Source: Paraspadella gotoi
Taxonomy: Eukaryota > Animalia > Chaetognatha
NCBI GenBank assembly: GCA_051294375.1
Contig: CM119266.1
Coordinates: 1,121,554 to 1,185,553 of the forward strand
Length of the DNA: 64,000 nt
Direction of reading: 5' to 3'
Under the pieces are notes generated by a model. It was not told the origin of the DNA. It worked only from the letters and a program-made list of their open reading frames with translations, and ran no database searches. The position numbers and the translations under genes are program-made. This document shows, piece after piece, positions 24,220-37,225 of this stretch; the first letter of the stretch is position 1, and every line of letters begins with the position of its first letter.

Positions 24220-26316
24220 GGAGAGAGAGGTGGTACGGAGAGAGATAGAGAGGGGGAGACGAACGAGGGAGAGCGGAACCAAGAGAAGAGCGAGAAGAGA
24301 GAAAGAGAGAGGGAGAAGAGAGAGAGAGACACACAATATTACGCTCGACCGCAAAATATTTTCAAACTTCCAATTATGACAACGGGTCGCAAAGGCAGAC
24401 ATATCTAAAGCTGTCTCTCTGGGGCTCATCGTGTTTTTATAATTAAATTCTTTTTTTTTTGTTTCGATTATTAATAGTCTAAGTCCTGACAGTTGAATTG
24501 TTCTTAAGATTGAAATCAAGCGCTGACTATGAAAAAAATTAGTTAGAACAATACAAACACGCAATGACCAACCATGACTAAAAATAATCTACTTAGGCCC
24601 GCCCGCTACTTCATACTCATGCTCCGTCCCCGATCATCGACATGACTCACGCTCCAGCTCCCTCTCAACCGGATTTCATCTCTCTCGTCATCTACTCGGC
24701 CTCTTCTCCTCTCTGCTTTTTCTCTCCTCTCGTTCTCTCTCCGCCGCTCCTCCACCCTGTACACCCTTATTTCCGCTTTAATCTCTACCCAGCCATCCTA
24801 CGGGGAACCTCCAACTGTTGAACTCTGATTTCTCCATTCCTCCTCCTCACTCCATCTCTGCCCTAATCCTCCTCCTCCTCCTTCCAGCTTACCTGCCCCA
24901 TGCTGTTACCCAACTGTTGGGCTGACTGGAGTGGAAAGGAATTTTGTCCCCTCCACTGCATCACAACCGACGAACGAACGACGACGAAACGACGGAACGA
25001 ACGACGGACGACGATGGATCTGCGAGCGCAAGCCTCTTCCCCATACACTTGGGGAGAGAGGGGGGAGGGGGAGGAAAGAGAGTGATGGTTATAACCGGGG
25101 GAGGGGGGGAGGTTAAGATGAAGAGGGGAGAAGGAGCACTATCCGGGCTGTCGATCTCGTCATAATTATGAATGATAAAGAGAGAATAATGAGGGGGACG
25201 TATTGAGTGATTGATTGGAGATTTTTTTTTCTTACTTTATTTTTTTTTTTTTTTTGGATAAATACATAGATGCATATATGTGTTTGTTCTTGTCTACATG
25301 CGATGGATTTTTTGTGTTACTAGCAGGAGGCCAGAGAAGAGAGAGAGAACATAGAGAGAGAGGACGAGAGAGAGAGTAATTTTCGGATGCGCGGTTTCGG
25401 TAGGCAAGGATAGAATACATCGTCCGCAGGCGACGAAGAGATGCGACGGCGAGGCCGGGACGAGGCCCGGCTCGATATCGCCACGCCCTCCTTCGCCCCG
25501 ACGAGGCCACGGGCGCGCCACTGAAGGCAGTGCAGGCTTGGAGAGGTGGCTGGCGTTGGGAGTGAACGGGGAGTGGCGCTGGGAGTCGCGAAAATGTCGA
25601 TCTCAACTGGCGCAGAACTGCGGCCGGAATTCCGAGTATCGAATGAAGTGAATTGAGAGACTGAAATCAAACAAGCTCATTGGCCGCCGACTGGTCAAAT
25701 TGAGCTCTGGCACATTACTCCATTTCGTCAATTGAAGTCTGGGCCATTGACTCCTTTCGCTCCATTGAACCTGATGCGCCATCGCTCCTTTCGTTCAATT
25801 GAGCTCTGGGCAATTGACTCCTTTCGCGTCCAAATTGCAACATGGTGGCGCATTGACTCCTTTCGTCAATTGAGATCTGGCCATTGACTCGCTTTCAGTC
25901 AATTGAAGGCTGTGGCCATCGACCCTATCTCGTCAAATTGAGCTCTGGCCATTGACATGGACGCTTCTTGTCAGGATCTTGAAACTGGGCCATTGCTCCT
26001 TTCGTCAATTGAACTAGTCGCCAATTTGGGACTCCTTTCGTCAAAATTGAAACTGTGGCCATCAGACTCCTTTCGTCAACTGAAACCGTCGTGCCAATAC
26101 GACTCCTTTCGTACAGATTTGCAGGATCTCGGCCATCGACTCCTTTCGTACAATTGAACTGTCGTGGCCGATTGACTCCTTTCGTCAAATTGAGGCTCAT
26201 GGCCATCGACTCTTTCGTGCACATGAACTGTTGGCCATTGGCTCCTTTCGTACAATTGAGCTCTGTGACCATCGACTCTTTTGTCAATTGAGCTCTGGCC
26301 ATAACGACTCTTTCTG
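24220..26316 (+). repeat. Copy 1 of a ~2-kb segment duplicated at ~31476-33430
   Basis: Colinear near-identical blocks, e.g. CGCTCGACCGCAA...TTCAAACTTCCAATTATGACA and CGCGAAAATGTCGATCTCA...GGCGCAGAACTGCGG. Differences are mostly indels, and both copies abut N gaps. Confidence 0.85.
25693..26316. repeat. 31-bp tandem minisatellite, ~20 noisy units, truncated by a gap
   Basis: Consensus GTCAATTGA(A/G)CT(G/C)TGGCCAT(T/C)GACTCCTTTC repeated head to tail with no unique spacers. Confidence 0.85.
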
Positions 26317-26361
26317 NNNNNNNNNNNNNNNNNNNNNNNNNCTCGTCTCTTCTCTCTCTTC

Positions 26362-26403
<42 letters not shown>

Positions 26404-26404
<1 letters not shown>

Positions 26405-29400
26405 TGGCTTTCCGTTCCTTCGATGGACGATAGAGGACTGGCGGCCCCCTTGACCGACGAACTTGGCGCCGCCTCTCGCTTGTTCGAAGGTAGTTAAGTG
26501 TCGCAATGATCTTGTACTCTTCGGCCTTAAAGGTAAGCGTCCAATTGAGAATGGGCGGGACCTTCTCAGAAAACAAAAACGGGAATGTGTGTGGTTGCCG
26601 CCGCAAGTGACTTTAATCAGGTGTGTTTCCCCCTTGGAACACGATGAATTATGAATTGACATGAAATGACTTAAAAACTACATCTTTCGCCCTGTGTATT
26701 TTTGACATACACTGTATCAACATATTGTCTTAATTCCTTATAGAGTTTTAGGAATACATGAAGGAGACGCTAGCAGTCCCTTTTTTAGATTTTGAGGTTT
26801 TTTCTGTCTTTAATGTGCAACCAACTATAGGCCAATTATATGCATTTTAACGTAAAGTATAAAACAGACCGACCCGGACTGACATCCCCAACCTCCGACC
26901 GAACCAAACCGATCGAAAAGTGACTTATAGAGTTTACTCCGCGTGTAACTCGCGCAAAATTAAAAATCACGGCGACCTGACTAAATTCCACGAAATATTG
27001 GAAACTTTTAAAACCGTTTTTTTTTTCTCCTCAGTATAAAATAAAGTGAGGTTGAATTGAAAAAATCAAGAATCTTTCCGAGTAAAGCTTGTGAAAACAT
27101 GTCGAGGGGAATACAGAAAAAAATTCGGCAAGGAGTAAAGGGTGACGGTGTAAACGCCTCAGTTACTTTTTCCTCCGTTCAGCTGAGATAAAGTATTTTT
27201 TTCGATTGAAAGATTTCCGGATAGGAACTCACTTGTTATTTAAAGAAAAATGAAAGAAAAAATCCATTTCTAAAAATATAAAAAAATGAATAGAATCGTA
27301 CCAACACAGTCGATACTTAAAAAATGATAGAATAATGTAATGATATATGATATGATATGATGAATGAATGAATGAATAAAATTGCAGCATTCGCGAAAAA
27401 GACGATCTAATCACGACGCAAAAAAAAAACAAGAAAAAAACTTGGCAAAAGAATAAAAAAAGGGAAAAAATGTTTCAACTCCTTTTTAGGACGGAAAAGT
27501 TTATAACCTATTCAAGTTCTGAAGAAACATAATCAGAAATTGGAACCATTTTTTCCCATGAGATTTTAGAATTTGGTGATTTTTGTTGTAAATGCCATTT
27601 GGGGAAAAAAATCAAGATCCCTTTCCCTAAAAAAAAAATTGATAAGAATCGAACGAAGGATCGATTAATCGTTAGAGAAATTCAGACACAGACAACGCGA
27701 AACCAAACCATCCATACACAACAACAACAGAATAAATTACGTGGGCATTTGCCCTTCCCGCCAAACCTTTTCGTGGTCCCCCCCTTACTCCCCCCCATAC
27801 CGCCCCCTCCCCCCCAAAAAAAAACATTATATATTAAAGACGCCGAAAAGCGAGGAAGAACTTCGCTGGTTCAACAAAATTCCCCATTTTTCTGGTCGCG
27901 CCTCATCGACATTTTCTGATAAACTCGACGACGACGACCGACGACCCGAAGAAAATCTCGAGTTAAGAGGAGCTCAACGCGGGGCCCGTCAAAAGTGGAT
28001 GTGGGGGAAAAAATTAGAGGGAAGTGGATAACAAATGGATGGGGGGCAGAGTGAACCTGAGGGGGTCAAGAGCGACCAATCGGCTATAGGGCGGGGACGG
28101 TCGCTGTACAGTAGCAACATAGTATCCAATAGCATGGGAAAGCGAACAGTGAAAGAGTCTTTAGATTATACAGCGAGTGCCTTGCGGAAGACTCATCATA
28201 TCGTAATCGAATAAACAGCTAGTCTTGTGGAAGGCTATATTCACACCTCCCCTCAACGTTGAGCAACATCCACCTGGCGCTCACGGGGGGGAAGGAGAAC
28301 GCACCATCCCTAAGCCGTCCTGCAGTCCCGTCCACATGTCACAAACTAACTTCACTTGCGCTTGCAAAGCCGAGACCGTCCCTATGGTACCGCGCCGTGT
28401 GACGGAGGCCCGCAATGTGGGTTGGAAGCCCTTAAGCCGACCAAGTGAGATGCCCATCCCAATGGGGCGTCACAGGCAACCCGGCTTATGTTGCCAATCT
28501 TTACTTTTTTCTTTTAAAAACTTGCAGTCGGGCAAATTCTTACCGAAGGCCGTCTTGAGGAGGACATGTTGGAAATTCTTCCGATTGGCGGAAAAAGCTT
28601 TGGCCGTAAGGGTCAAACCTGTGGAACGGAAAAACAAAGTGTAGCGTGCGAACATGGTGGAAAATTTAGATCAAATCAGATGCCGCAAATGTCCTGACAT
28701 TTGCAGAAAACATTGCAAAATTGTTCGCCGTTGCTAAACGTTAATGGGAAATAGATGCGAAAATTGAACAAATCTTTTTTTTTTAAAATTCACAGCTTGA
28801 GGCTCGCTGAGCAGCACAACACCTTCAAAGCTCGATCCCAAGAATCATCTCTCTTCACTAATTTCCAGTTATACAACACTTGTCCTAACGGTGTTGTACT
28901 TAATGTGTTGTCCTGTAAATAGACAGACGTGTCATTATTGTATTATTTCGCTTTGTTACTGTTGGAGAATAAAAAATCATCTCGCCATTTGAACCTTCGT
29001 TAACCATCTCTAATGCACAACAGCACCGAAATTGGCGGCCTGTTCATTCGGAAATTCAATATTTCTGCTTCTAACTCGCAAACAAAAATGTTTTTAAAAC
29101 GTGGGTCGACAGCCAAACACAGGATTACGGACTTCCTTAAACTGCAGCCGAGGATTTGTAGGTGTTATTATAGTTCCACACATTTTGTGATGAAAATGTT
29201 CCAAAATCTTCGATTAATCAACGCACATAACCGGCCATTGGCCTCGGCCTGGAGCTGCCCACCTCCTGTCTGGCCTCTGTGAGCTTGCCCCACCACCTCT
29301 GGTGCTAGCGAAGGGGGAAACGCACAACAACATTAGGGGGAAAGAAATTTAAATGTGTTCCAAAGGAAAAAGAGTTAGTTACTAAGTTGGGTTCGTACGG

Positions 29401-30048
29401 ATGTATTTTCGCAATAAATATACATCATTGCGATAAAAACAACCGCCATAATTGAATGCAAAATATTTAAAAACCGGTTCTCTTTCTTACTCCTCAACAT
29501 GAGCTTGTCTCTAAATTTGTAGTAATTCGAAGGGGATATCTCTTGGAGCAGATACCCTTCCTGGGTCAGCCAGGGTGCCTCCAACGCCTGATAGATGGTC
29601 ATCTCCGCTCTTTCTCGCCCGACCAACAGGCGGGAGATTGAAGTCTTGCTTGTTGAACAAAAAATGAATTGGAGATCATAAAAAACAATATAAATTTAAA
29701 TAATTTTAAAAAATTTCAATGGACAAATAGTCGCGCGTCCGTCAAACTTTCAAACTCAAAGCAAGCTTTTCTCGATGTTTTTGTTTTTAGTTACTGACGA
29801 CTTACTTACTTAGCTGATGAGAACAAAAGCCTTGATTCCACACCACACACACTCTTACACACTTAATGGACTCACCCTCGGCGCTGATTGCTGCCGGAGG
29901 GCGGCGGGACTGGAAAGGCACAACCAATCGCAATCTCTGACATTTCTGATTTTAGTACTCGTCTGTCACGGATTCGCACCGCTGGAAAGGCCGACACCAT
30001 ACCCAGAGAGGGAGGATGTAGGTAAGGTGACGCCGACGCCCAACATGT
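26404..30048 (-). pseudogene. Twitchin/projectin kinase C-lobe and autoregulatory-tail fragment; frameshifted (pseudogene or uncorrected long-read sequence)
   Basis: Three exon-like blocks with GT donors. After allowing for indels, 30048-29876 reads approximately DMW.VGVLTYILLSG.SPF.GAN..ET..NVRDCDW....AF..ISAEG. 29648-29491 reads KDF-ISRLLV...MTIYQALEAPWLTQEGYLLQEISPSNYYKFRDKL. ~26566-26404 reads IGRL...RPEEYKI..TYF.KREAAPKFVVKPQSSIV.EG. Order and motifs match my recollection of twitchin kinase (MTIHQALEHPWL, RPQEY, FDRxEAxPRF). Confidence 0.72.
28105..28290 (+). mobile_element. Possible short LTR remnant with a tRNA-Lys-like primer binding site
   Basis: TGT... start, AATAAA at 28210, ...AACA end near 28268, then TGGCGCTCACGGGGG resembling the PBS TGGCGCCCAACGTGGG. 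No second LTR or gag/pol seen. Confidence 0.25.
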
Positions 30049-30423
30049 CTGGGATTTGTGTGGGGGTTTGGGTGGGAATATTGATTTGTGGTGGCGATTT
30101 GGATATATATTTTCCTTGTTTTGTGTGCATGTGTAGGGTACGCAAGGGCGTGCGATAAGAGAATTAAGTTCATAAATGTATGGCGTTATCCATGTCTAGA
30201 TGGAAATGGGTTATAGATTCCTGGAAAAGGTGGGGCGGGGGCAAACGAAAGACATCATAGGGGCGTAGGGGATGTTGGGAAAGTGCAAGTGGGGGTGGGA
30301 GAATTTTCAAGTGAAGGAACGGGAGTGGCGGGGATTTTCTACCTGAGAAAAGATTTGGAAGCAGAAAAGAAAATTCCGAGAAACTTAAATTTCAGTTCTC
30401 ACGCTTTCGTCGATGGAAGTAAT

Positions 30424-30500
30424 GGAACGAAGGAACGAAGGAACGAAGGAACGAAGGAACGAAGGAACGAAGGAACGAAGGAACGAAGGAACGAAGGAAC
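30424..30500. repeat. (GGAACGAA)n octamer repeat
   Basis: About 9 perfect tandem copies. Confidence 0.9.
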
Positions 30501-31475
30501 GAACAAACGAACTCAATGAACATAGAAAGTTCAGATTGTATCAATCAATGACGGAGTACGCGAATATAGAACTTTCCCTCGGGCAGGGGAACGAGACCCA
30601 CGAAAAGTGTCGGGNNNNNNNNNNNNNNNNNNNNNNNNNNNNNNNNNNNNNNNNNNNNNNNNNNNNNNNNNNNNNNNNNNNNNNNNNNNNNNNNNNNNNN
30701 NNNNNNNNNNNNNNNNNNNNNNNNNNNNNNNNNNNNNNNNNNNNNNNNNNNNNNNNNNNNNNNNNNNNNNNNNNNNNNNNNNNNNNNNNNNNNNNNNNNN
30801 NNNNNNNNNNNNNNNNNNNNNNNNNNNNNNNNNNNNNNNNNNNNNNNNNNNNNNNNNNNNNNNNNNNNNNNNNNNNNNNNNNNNNNNNNNNNNNNNNNNN
30901 NNNNNNNNNNNNNNNNNNNNNNNNNNNNNNNNNNNNNNNNNNNNNNNNNNNNNNNNNNNNNNNNNNNNNNNNNNNNNNNNNNNNNNNNNNNNNNNNNNNN
31001 NNNNNNNNNNNNNNNNNNNNNNNNNNNNNNNNNNNNNNNNNNNNNNNNNNNNNNNNNNNNNNNNNNNNNNNNNNNNNNNNNNNNNNNNNNNNNNNNNNNN
31101 NNNNNNNNNNNNNNNNNNNNNNNGAGAGAGAGAGAGAGACAGAGAATGAGAGAAATGAGAATCAAGATTGGCCGATGAGGGCGGAAGGGGGAGAAGGGAG
31201 GCGGAGAAGAGAGTGGGAGGAGTGGGCGAGGGNNNNNNNNNNNNNNNNNNNNNNNNNNNNNNNNNNNNNNNNNNNNNNNNNNNNNNNNNNNNNNNNNNNN
31301 NNNNNNNNNNNNNNNNNNNNNNNNNNNNNNNNNNNNNNNNNNNNNNNNNNNNNNNNNNNNNNNNNNNNNNNNNNNNNNNNNNNNNNNNNNNNNNNNNNNN
31401 NNNNNNNNNNNNNNNNNNNNNNNNNNNNNNNNNNNNNNNNNNNNNNNNNNNNNNNNNNGAAATAGAAAGGAGTTG

Positions 31476-31531
31476 AGAGAGAGGTGGACGGAGAGAGATA
31501 GAGAGGGGGAGCGAACGAGGGAGAGGGAACC

Positions 31532-31574
<43 letters not shown>

Positions 31575-33430
31575 CATATTCGCTCGACCGCAATATTTCA
31601 AACTTCCAATTATGACACGGGTCCAAAGGCAGACATTTCTAAGCTTCTCTCTGGGGTTTCGTGTTTTTATATTAAATTCTTTTTTTTTTGTTTCGATTAT
31701 TAATTGTTAAGTCCTGACAGTTGATTGTTCTTTAGATTGAAATCAAGCTGACTCTGAAAAAAAATAGTTAAACAATACAAACACCAATGACCAAATACTA
31801 AAATAATCTACTTAGGCTACTTATACTCTCTCTCTCTCTCTCTCTCTCCTCATCTCTCTCCCTCTCTCTCTCCCGTCCCACCCTTACACTTATTCCTTTA
31901 ATCTCTAAAACCCAAAGCCATCCTACGGGGAACCTCCAACTGTTGAACTCTGATTTCTCTTCCTTCCTCCTCACTCCATCTCTGCCTATCCCTCCTCCTC
32001 CTCCTCTCACTTCCTTGCCCCTATGCTGTTACCCAACTGTTGTGGCTGATGAGTGGAAGGAATTTTTGTCCCCTCCACTGCATAAACCGACGGAACGAAC
32101 GACGAGAACGACGGACGAACGACGGACGACGATGGATCTGCGAGCTCAGCGTCTTCCCCATAACTTTGGGGAGAGAGGGGGAGGGGGAGGGAAAGAGAGT
32201 GATGGTTATAACGGGGGAGCGGGGAGGTACAGATGAAGAGGGAGAATGGAGCACTATCCGGGCTGTCGATCCGTCAATAATTTATGAATGATAAAGAGAA
32301 ATAATTGAGGGGACGGATTGAGTGATTGATTGGAAGATTGTTTTTTTTTTTTATTTTTTTTTTTTTTGGATAAATAATACGTTGCTTTGTTGTGTCTTGT
32401 CTACATGCGATGATTTTTGTTGTTACTAGAGGAGGAGAGAAGAGAGAAGAGAACATGAGAGAAGGACGAGAGAGAGAGTAATTTCGGATGCGCGTTTCGG
32501 TAGGCAAGATAGAATACTCGTCGCGGCGAGGCACGAAGAGATGCGCGGCGACGCGCCGGGACGAGGTCCCGGTCGAATCGCACGCCTCCTTCGCCGCCGT
32601 AGAGGCACGCCGCGCCGTGAAGGCGTGAGTTGCGAGGTGGCGGGTTGGAAGTGAAACGGGGAGTGGCGCTGGGAGGTCGCGAAAATGTCGATCTCACTGG
32701 CGCAGAACTGCGGCGGATTCCGAGTAACGAATGAAGTGAATTAGGAGACTGAATCAAAAAGCTCATTGGCCGCCGACTGGGTCAATTGAGCTCTGGCACA
32801 TGTACTCCATTCGTCAATTGAGTCTGTGGCATTGACTCTTTCATCATTGAACTGTGGCCATTACGCGTCCTTTCGTTCAATTGACTGTGCATCTGACTTC
32901 CTTTCGGTCAATTGAACATGTGGCCATGACTCCTTTCGTCAATGAGATCTGGTCATTGGATCCGCTTCAGTTCATATGTGAAGCTGTGGCCATCGACTCT
33001 TCTCGTCAATGACTTGCATTGGACTTCTTGCAGATCGACTGGCCTTCTCTTCGTCAATTGAACTGTGCCAATTGGGACTCCTTTCGTCAAAATTGAAACT
33101 GTGGCATTCGACTCCTTTCATCAATGAACTCGTCGTGGCCATACGACTCCTTTCGTACAGATTGCAGGACTGTGCCATCGACTCCTTTCGTACAATGAAC
33201 TGTAGGCCATGCGACTCGCTTTGCGTCATTGAAGACTTGTGCGCATCGTCTTTTCGTCAATTGATGCTGTGTAATGCGACCCTTTCGTTCATTTGTATAT
33301 CTGTGGCCATTGACTCCTTCGTCAATTGACTGATGCATCGACCTGCCTTCTGCTCATTTGACTGTGGCCATCGACTCCTTCGCAATTTGACACTGTGGCG
33401 ATTGACTCCTTTTCGTCAATTTGAACTCTG
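31476..33430 (+). repeat. Copy 2 of the ~2-kb duplicated segment
   Basis: Colinear with 24220-26316; starts just after an N gap. Confidence 0.8.
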
Positions 33431-33908
33431 GCAATAACGACTCTCGTCAATTTTATGGTGCCATACCGACTCTTATCGAACATTAATTGACTGTGGCCTA
33501 TCGCTCCTTCGTCAATTTGAATCTGTGGTATTGTCTTCGTCAATTGAGCCTCTGCCAATTCGAACACTTTCTCATGACCTGGCATGACACTAGCAAGACT
33601 GTGGGTATTGACTCTCGAAATGAATGTACCCTTACCTTGATGAACACTCTTTCGTTCAATTAACTCTGGCTCATTGACTCTTTTCGTCAATTTGATACTG
33701 GGCCATGCACAATTCATTGAACTGTGGCATTGACTCTTCTTCGTTCAATTGAATGCCTGCCATTGACCGCTTTCGTTCAATGGACTCGCTGCCATTGACT
33801 CCTTTCGTCAATTGAACTGTGGCCATCGACAGCTTTCGTCAATTGAACTGTGGCCATAGATGGTGACGAAAGGAGTCGATGGCCATCGACTCCTTTCGTC
33901 GCCATCGA
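32781..33908. repeat. 31-bp tandem minisatellite, ~35 units, ending in a palindrome
   Basis: Same consensus as 25693-26316. The terminal 33860-33905 (ATGGTGACGAAAGGAGTCGATGG|CCATCGACTCCTTTCGTCGCCAT) is a near-perfect palindrome made from one inverted unit. Confidence 0.85.
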
Positions 33909-35035
33909 TCCATTTCAAATAGAATAATGAAAGCAAAGAACAATAACAAACATGAAAACAAAACCGAAACCAAAACGAACGAAACAAACATAAAAACAAA
34001 ACCGACGATATGAACGATGAACATAAAAACCACCTACCCTTACCCACCCGTTATGAGCCTTACCCACCACTCTTTCACCCTGCCTCTCTAGGTTCACTCT
34101 CCAAGGAAGGAGGAGGAGGAGTAGGAGGAGGAAGAGGAGGAGGAACCACCGATGCAAACGCAGGCGCAGAATAATCCGAGGGGACTGGGTTTGTGGCTCG
34201 GGGACTAAGACGACGACGACGACGACTTGAAGGGATGACGATTTTTGTCTTAATGCTTTTAGGACGAATACAGACCGATGTACGCGAATAAACTCCGTCG
34301 ATTGTTACTTTTCCCATTTGCCGGCGTTCTCCCATCTAGCGGCGTTTTGTTATCGTCCGGCGTTCTCTTATTTGCCTGTCTTATCCCATTGATTTTCGTT
34401 CTCCTATCTGAGTCGTTTTTACCATCGTGTTTTATTTGTGCCTGTGTTCTCCCATCAACCGGAGTTCTCCCATCAAGAGCTCGAACACCTTTCCCGATGT
34501 ATTATAGTTCTTCCATCAAGTGGCGTTCTCTTGCCGACCGCCATTCTCCCATCGATCCGCGTTCTTCAGCCTTCTCTAATCTGCCGGCGTTATTCCATCT
34601 GCCGTCGTTCCATCTAAGACGGCGCCTCGTAGCAGAGCGTTCGACCAGAAGGCGCCAAGTCGTTGGAGCGCGGTTTTTGGTGAACGCGAACCACAACGAC
34701 GACAGTAACAACTCCTCGGTTCGATATTATCACTCGGTAATCAGCGCGGCGTTTATATGAATGTTGCCTGCGGTTGATCCTTTACTTTTTCCTTCTTTAC
34801 TTCAATCGTTTTCTCTATTATTTTTCTCCTTCTATTCTTCTTTTCTTCTTCCCCTTTTCTCCTGCTCTCCTTCTTCTCTTCTCTCTTTCTCTCTTTATCT
34901 CTCCCACTCTGGCTCTCCGCTCATTCTGATAGTCCGGTTTGGCGCGTGGCCCCTTCTCCGTTTCTGCCTTGGATCCGCCAGAGAGAGAGAAGAGAGAGGA
35001 GAGAGACGGGGAGAAGTAAAAGAGAGAGAAAAGTA

Positions 35036-35075
<40 letters not shown>

Positions 35076-35580
35076 ATCGAAGAAACGACTAGCGAATCAA
35101 CGGACTTCAAGTGTTGAGGAAATTGACGACGGAAGCAGAAACCCAAAATAGAAAGTCTAGTTATAATAAATCAGGAAAGGAGAGGGATAAAGAAATAAGA
35201 TTATTTTTATAAATAAATAAATAAACTCTTTTCTGTGGCGAATCCCACAGTAGCGGGGGACAAGAGCGCCAACTGCGGTGAGATAGGGCATTGAGTTGAG
35301 ACGGTACCAGTCACTAATAATGTGCGACCCTGAGAGTAACGGAACTTGTGGTGACATTATTTGCGCCGTCGTTTGTTTTCTGTTTTATTTGTCACTCGTC
35401 AGGACGAGTTCGGCGGAATCACTTATAATCTTAAAATTTGTTGTCTCATTGGTTAACTCATAATTTGAGGCGTCATTCGTAGTCTCGAAAATTGTGGCGG
35501 AACTCGTGGTAGCATAATTTGTGACAAAATCTTTGGTGGAACTCATGATGATAAAATTTGTGGCGTGGCTGGTAGTCACA

Positions 35581-36120
35581 TCGTTGGCGCCGGTGAAAAA
35601 AGAGGCGCCACATTTCGTCGCCTCTGCGCTGACGTCACCAGAGCAAAAACCTCGCGACGGAAGACGATTTGCGAGACAGAGAACGAGAGGCAGAGAGGGA
35701 GAGCGTGAGTGAGGGAAAAGGAGGTACGTAGAGGGTTTAAAGAATAGGACAGTGAAAGAGAGAGAGAGGAGAGAGATTGGAGAGAGAGAGAGAGAGAGAG
35801 AAGATGAGAGAGAGAGAGAGAGAAGAGAGAGAGGAGGAGAAGAAGAATGAGAGAGAGAGAGAAAAGAAGAAATGTCTTAAGAGCAAAAATAAAACAAAGG
35901 CGAAGGAGGAAAGCTAAAAAATAAAAAACCTTCTGCACCTTTCGCAACTTTTAACTTTTTCGTCTTTTTCCTTTTTCTTTCTTTTATTTCTTTTCGATTC
36001 CATTCTTTCATTCTTTCGTTTCTCACTTTCAGTCGCATCTTCACCCTGAGACCTGCATAGCACTCTCCTCTACTCTCTCTCTCTCCCTCTGTCTGCCTTC
36101 GTTTGGGCCGTCTTTTAGGT

Positions 36121-36159
<39 letters not shown>

Positions 36160-36164
36160 GAGAA

Positions 36165-36238
<74 letters not shown>

Positions 36239-36674
36239 GAGGAGAGAGAGAGAGAGAAAGCGCAACAGCTACCCGAGCCCCGGTCACATGCTCGGCTGCT
36301 TGGACGNNNNNNNNNNNNNNNNNNNNNNNNNCTTTCTTTCGTTCTCCTTTCAGTCGCATCTTCAACCCTGAGACCTGATACACCTCTCTACCTCTCTCTT
36401 TCTCTCCCTCTGTTGCTTCGTTGGCGCTTTTGGCTGAGAGAGAGANNNNNNNNNNNNNNNNNNNNNNNNNCTCTCCCTCTCTCTCTCTCCTCATCTCTCG
36501 TCTCTCTCCTCGTGCTCTCTCCTCCTCTCTCTCTCTCTCTCTCCTCCTCGCCCCGTTTCCTCTCCCCGTGCACGCGAGAGCCGCCGGCCGTCTCCAACCG
36601 CCGGCCTCTCCGAGCGCGACTGCCAGCGGGCTTCGTCGTCGTCGTCGGTGGGAGTGGCACGGAGCGGCGGCGTA

Positions 36675-36708
<34 letters not shown>

Positions 36709-37176
36709 GCTATGAGACGGCGGCAGAGGCGGCGACGGCAAGAGCAAGGGGGCGGTTTGAGGAGCGGGCCGAAGCGTCCCAAGCAGCCGAGGCATGTGAC
36801 CGGGGCTCGGGTAGCTGTTGCGCTTTCTTCTCTCCCTCTATCGTCTCTCTCTCTCTCTCTCGTCTCTCTCTCTCTCTCTCCTCTTCTCTTCTCTTTCTCT
36901 TCTCGTCTCTCTCTCCCTCTCTCTCTTCCTTTCTCAAGCCATAAAGCGGCCAAACGAAAGGCAGACAGAGGGAGAGAAGAGAGGAGTAAGAGGAGGTGTA
37001 ATCAGGTCTCAGGGTTGAAGATGCGACTGAAAAGGAGAACGAAAGAAGAAAGAAATCGAAAAGAAAAAAAGAAAGAAAAAGAAAAAAGACGAAAAAGTTA
37101 AAGAGTGCGAAAGTGCAGAAGGTTTTTTTTTTTTCAGTTTCCTCCTTAGCCTTTTTTTTTTTGCTCTTAAACATTT

Positions 37177-37225
<49 letters not shown>

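Noticed and set aside
30413-31626. ORFs of 150-350 aa
   Set aside because: Open only because they run through N gaps.
25693-33908. CRISPR-like array of ~31-bp palindromic repeats
   Set aside because: Units are head to tail with no unique spacers, there are no cas genes, and the context is eukaryotic.
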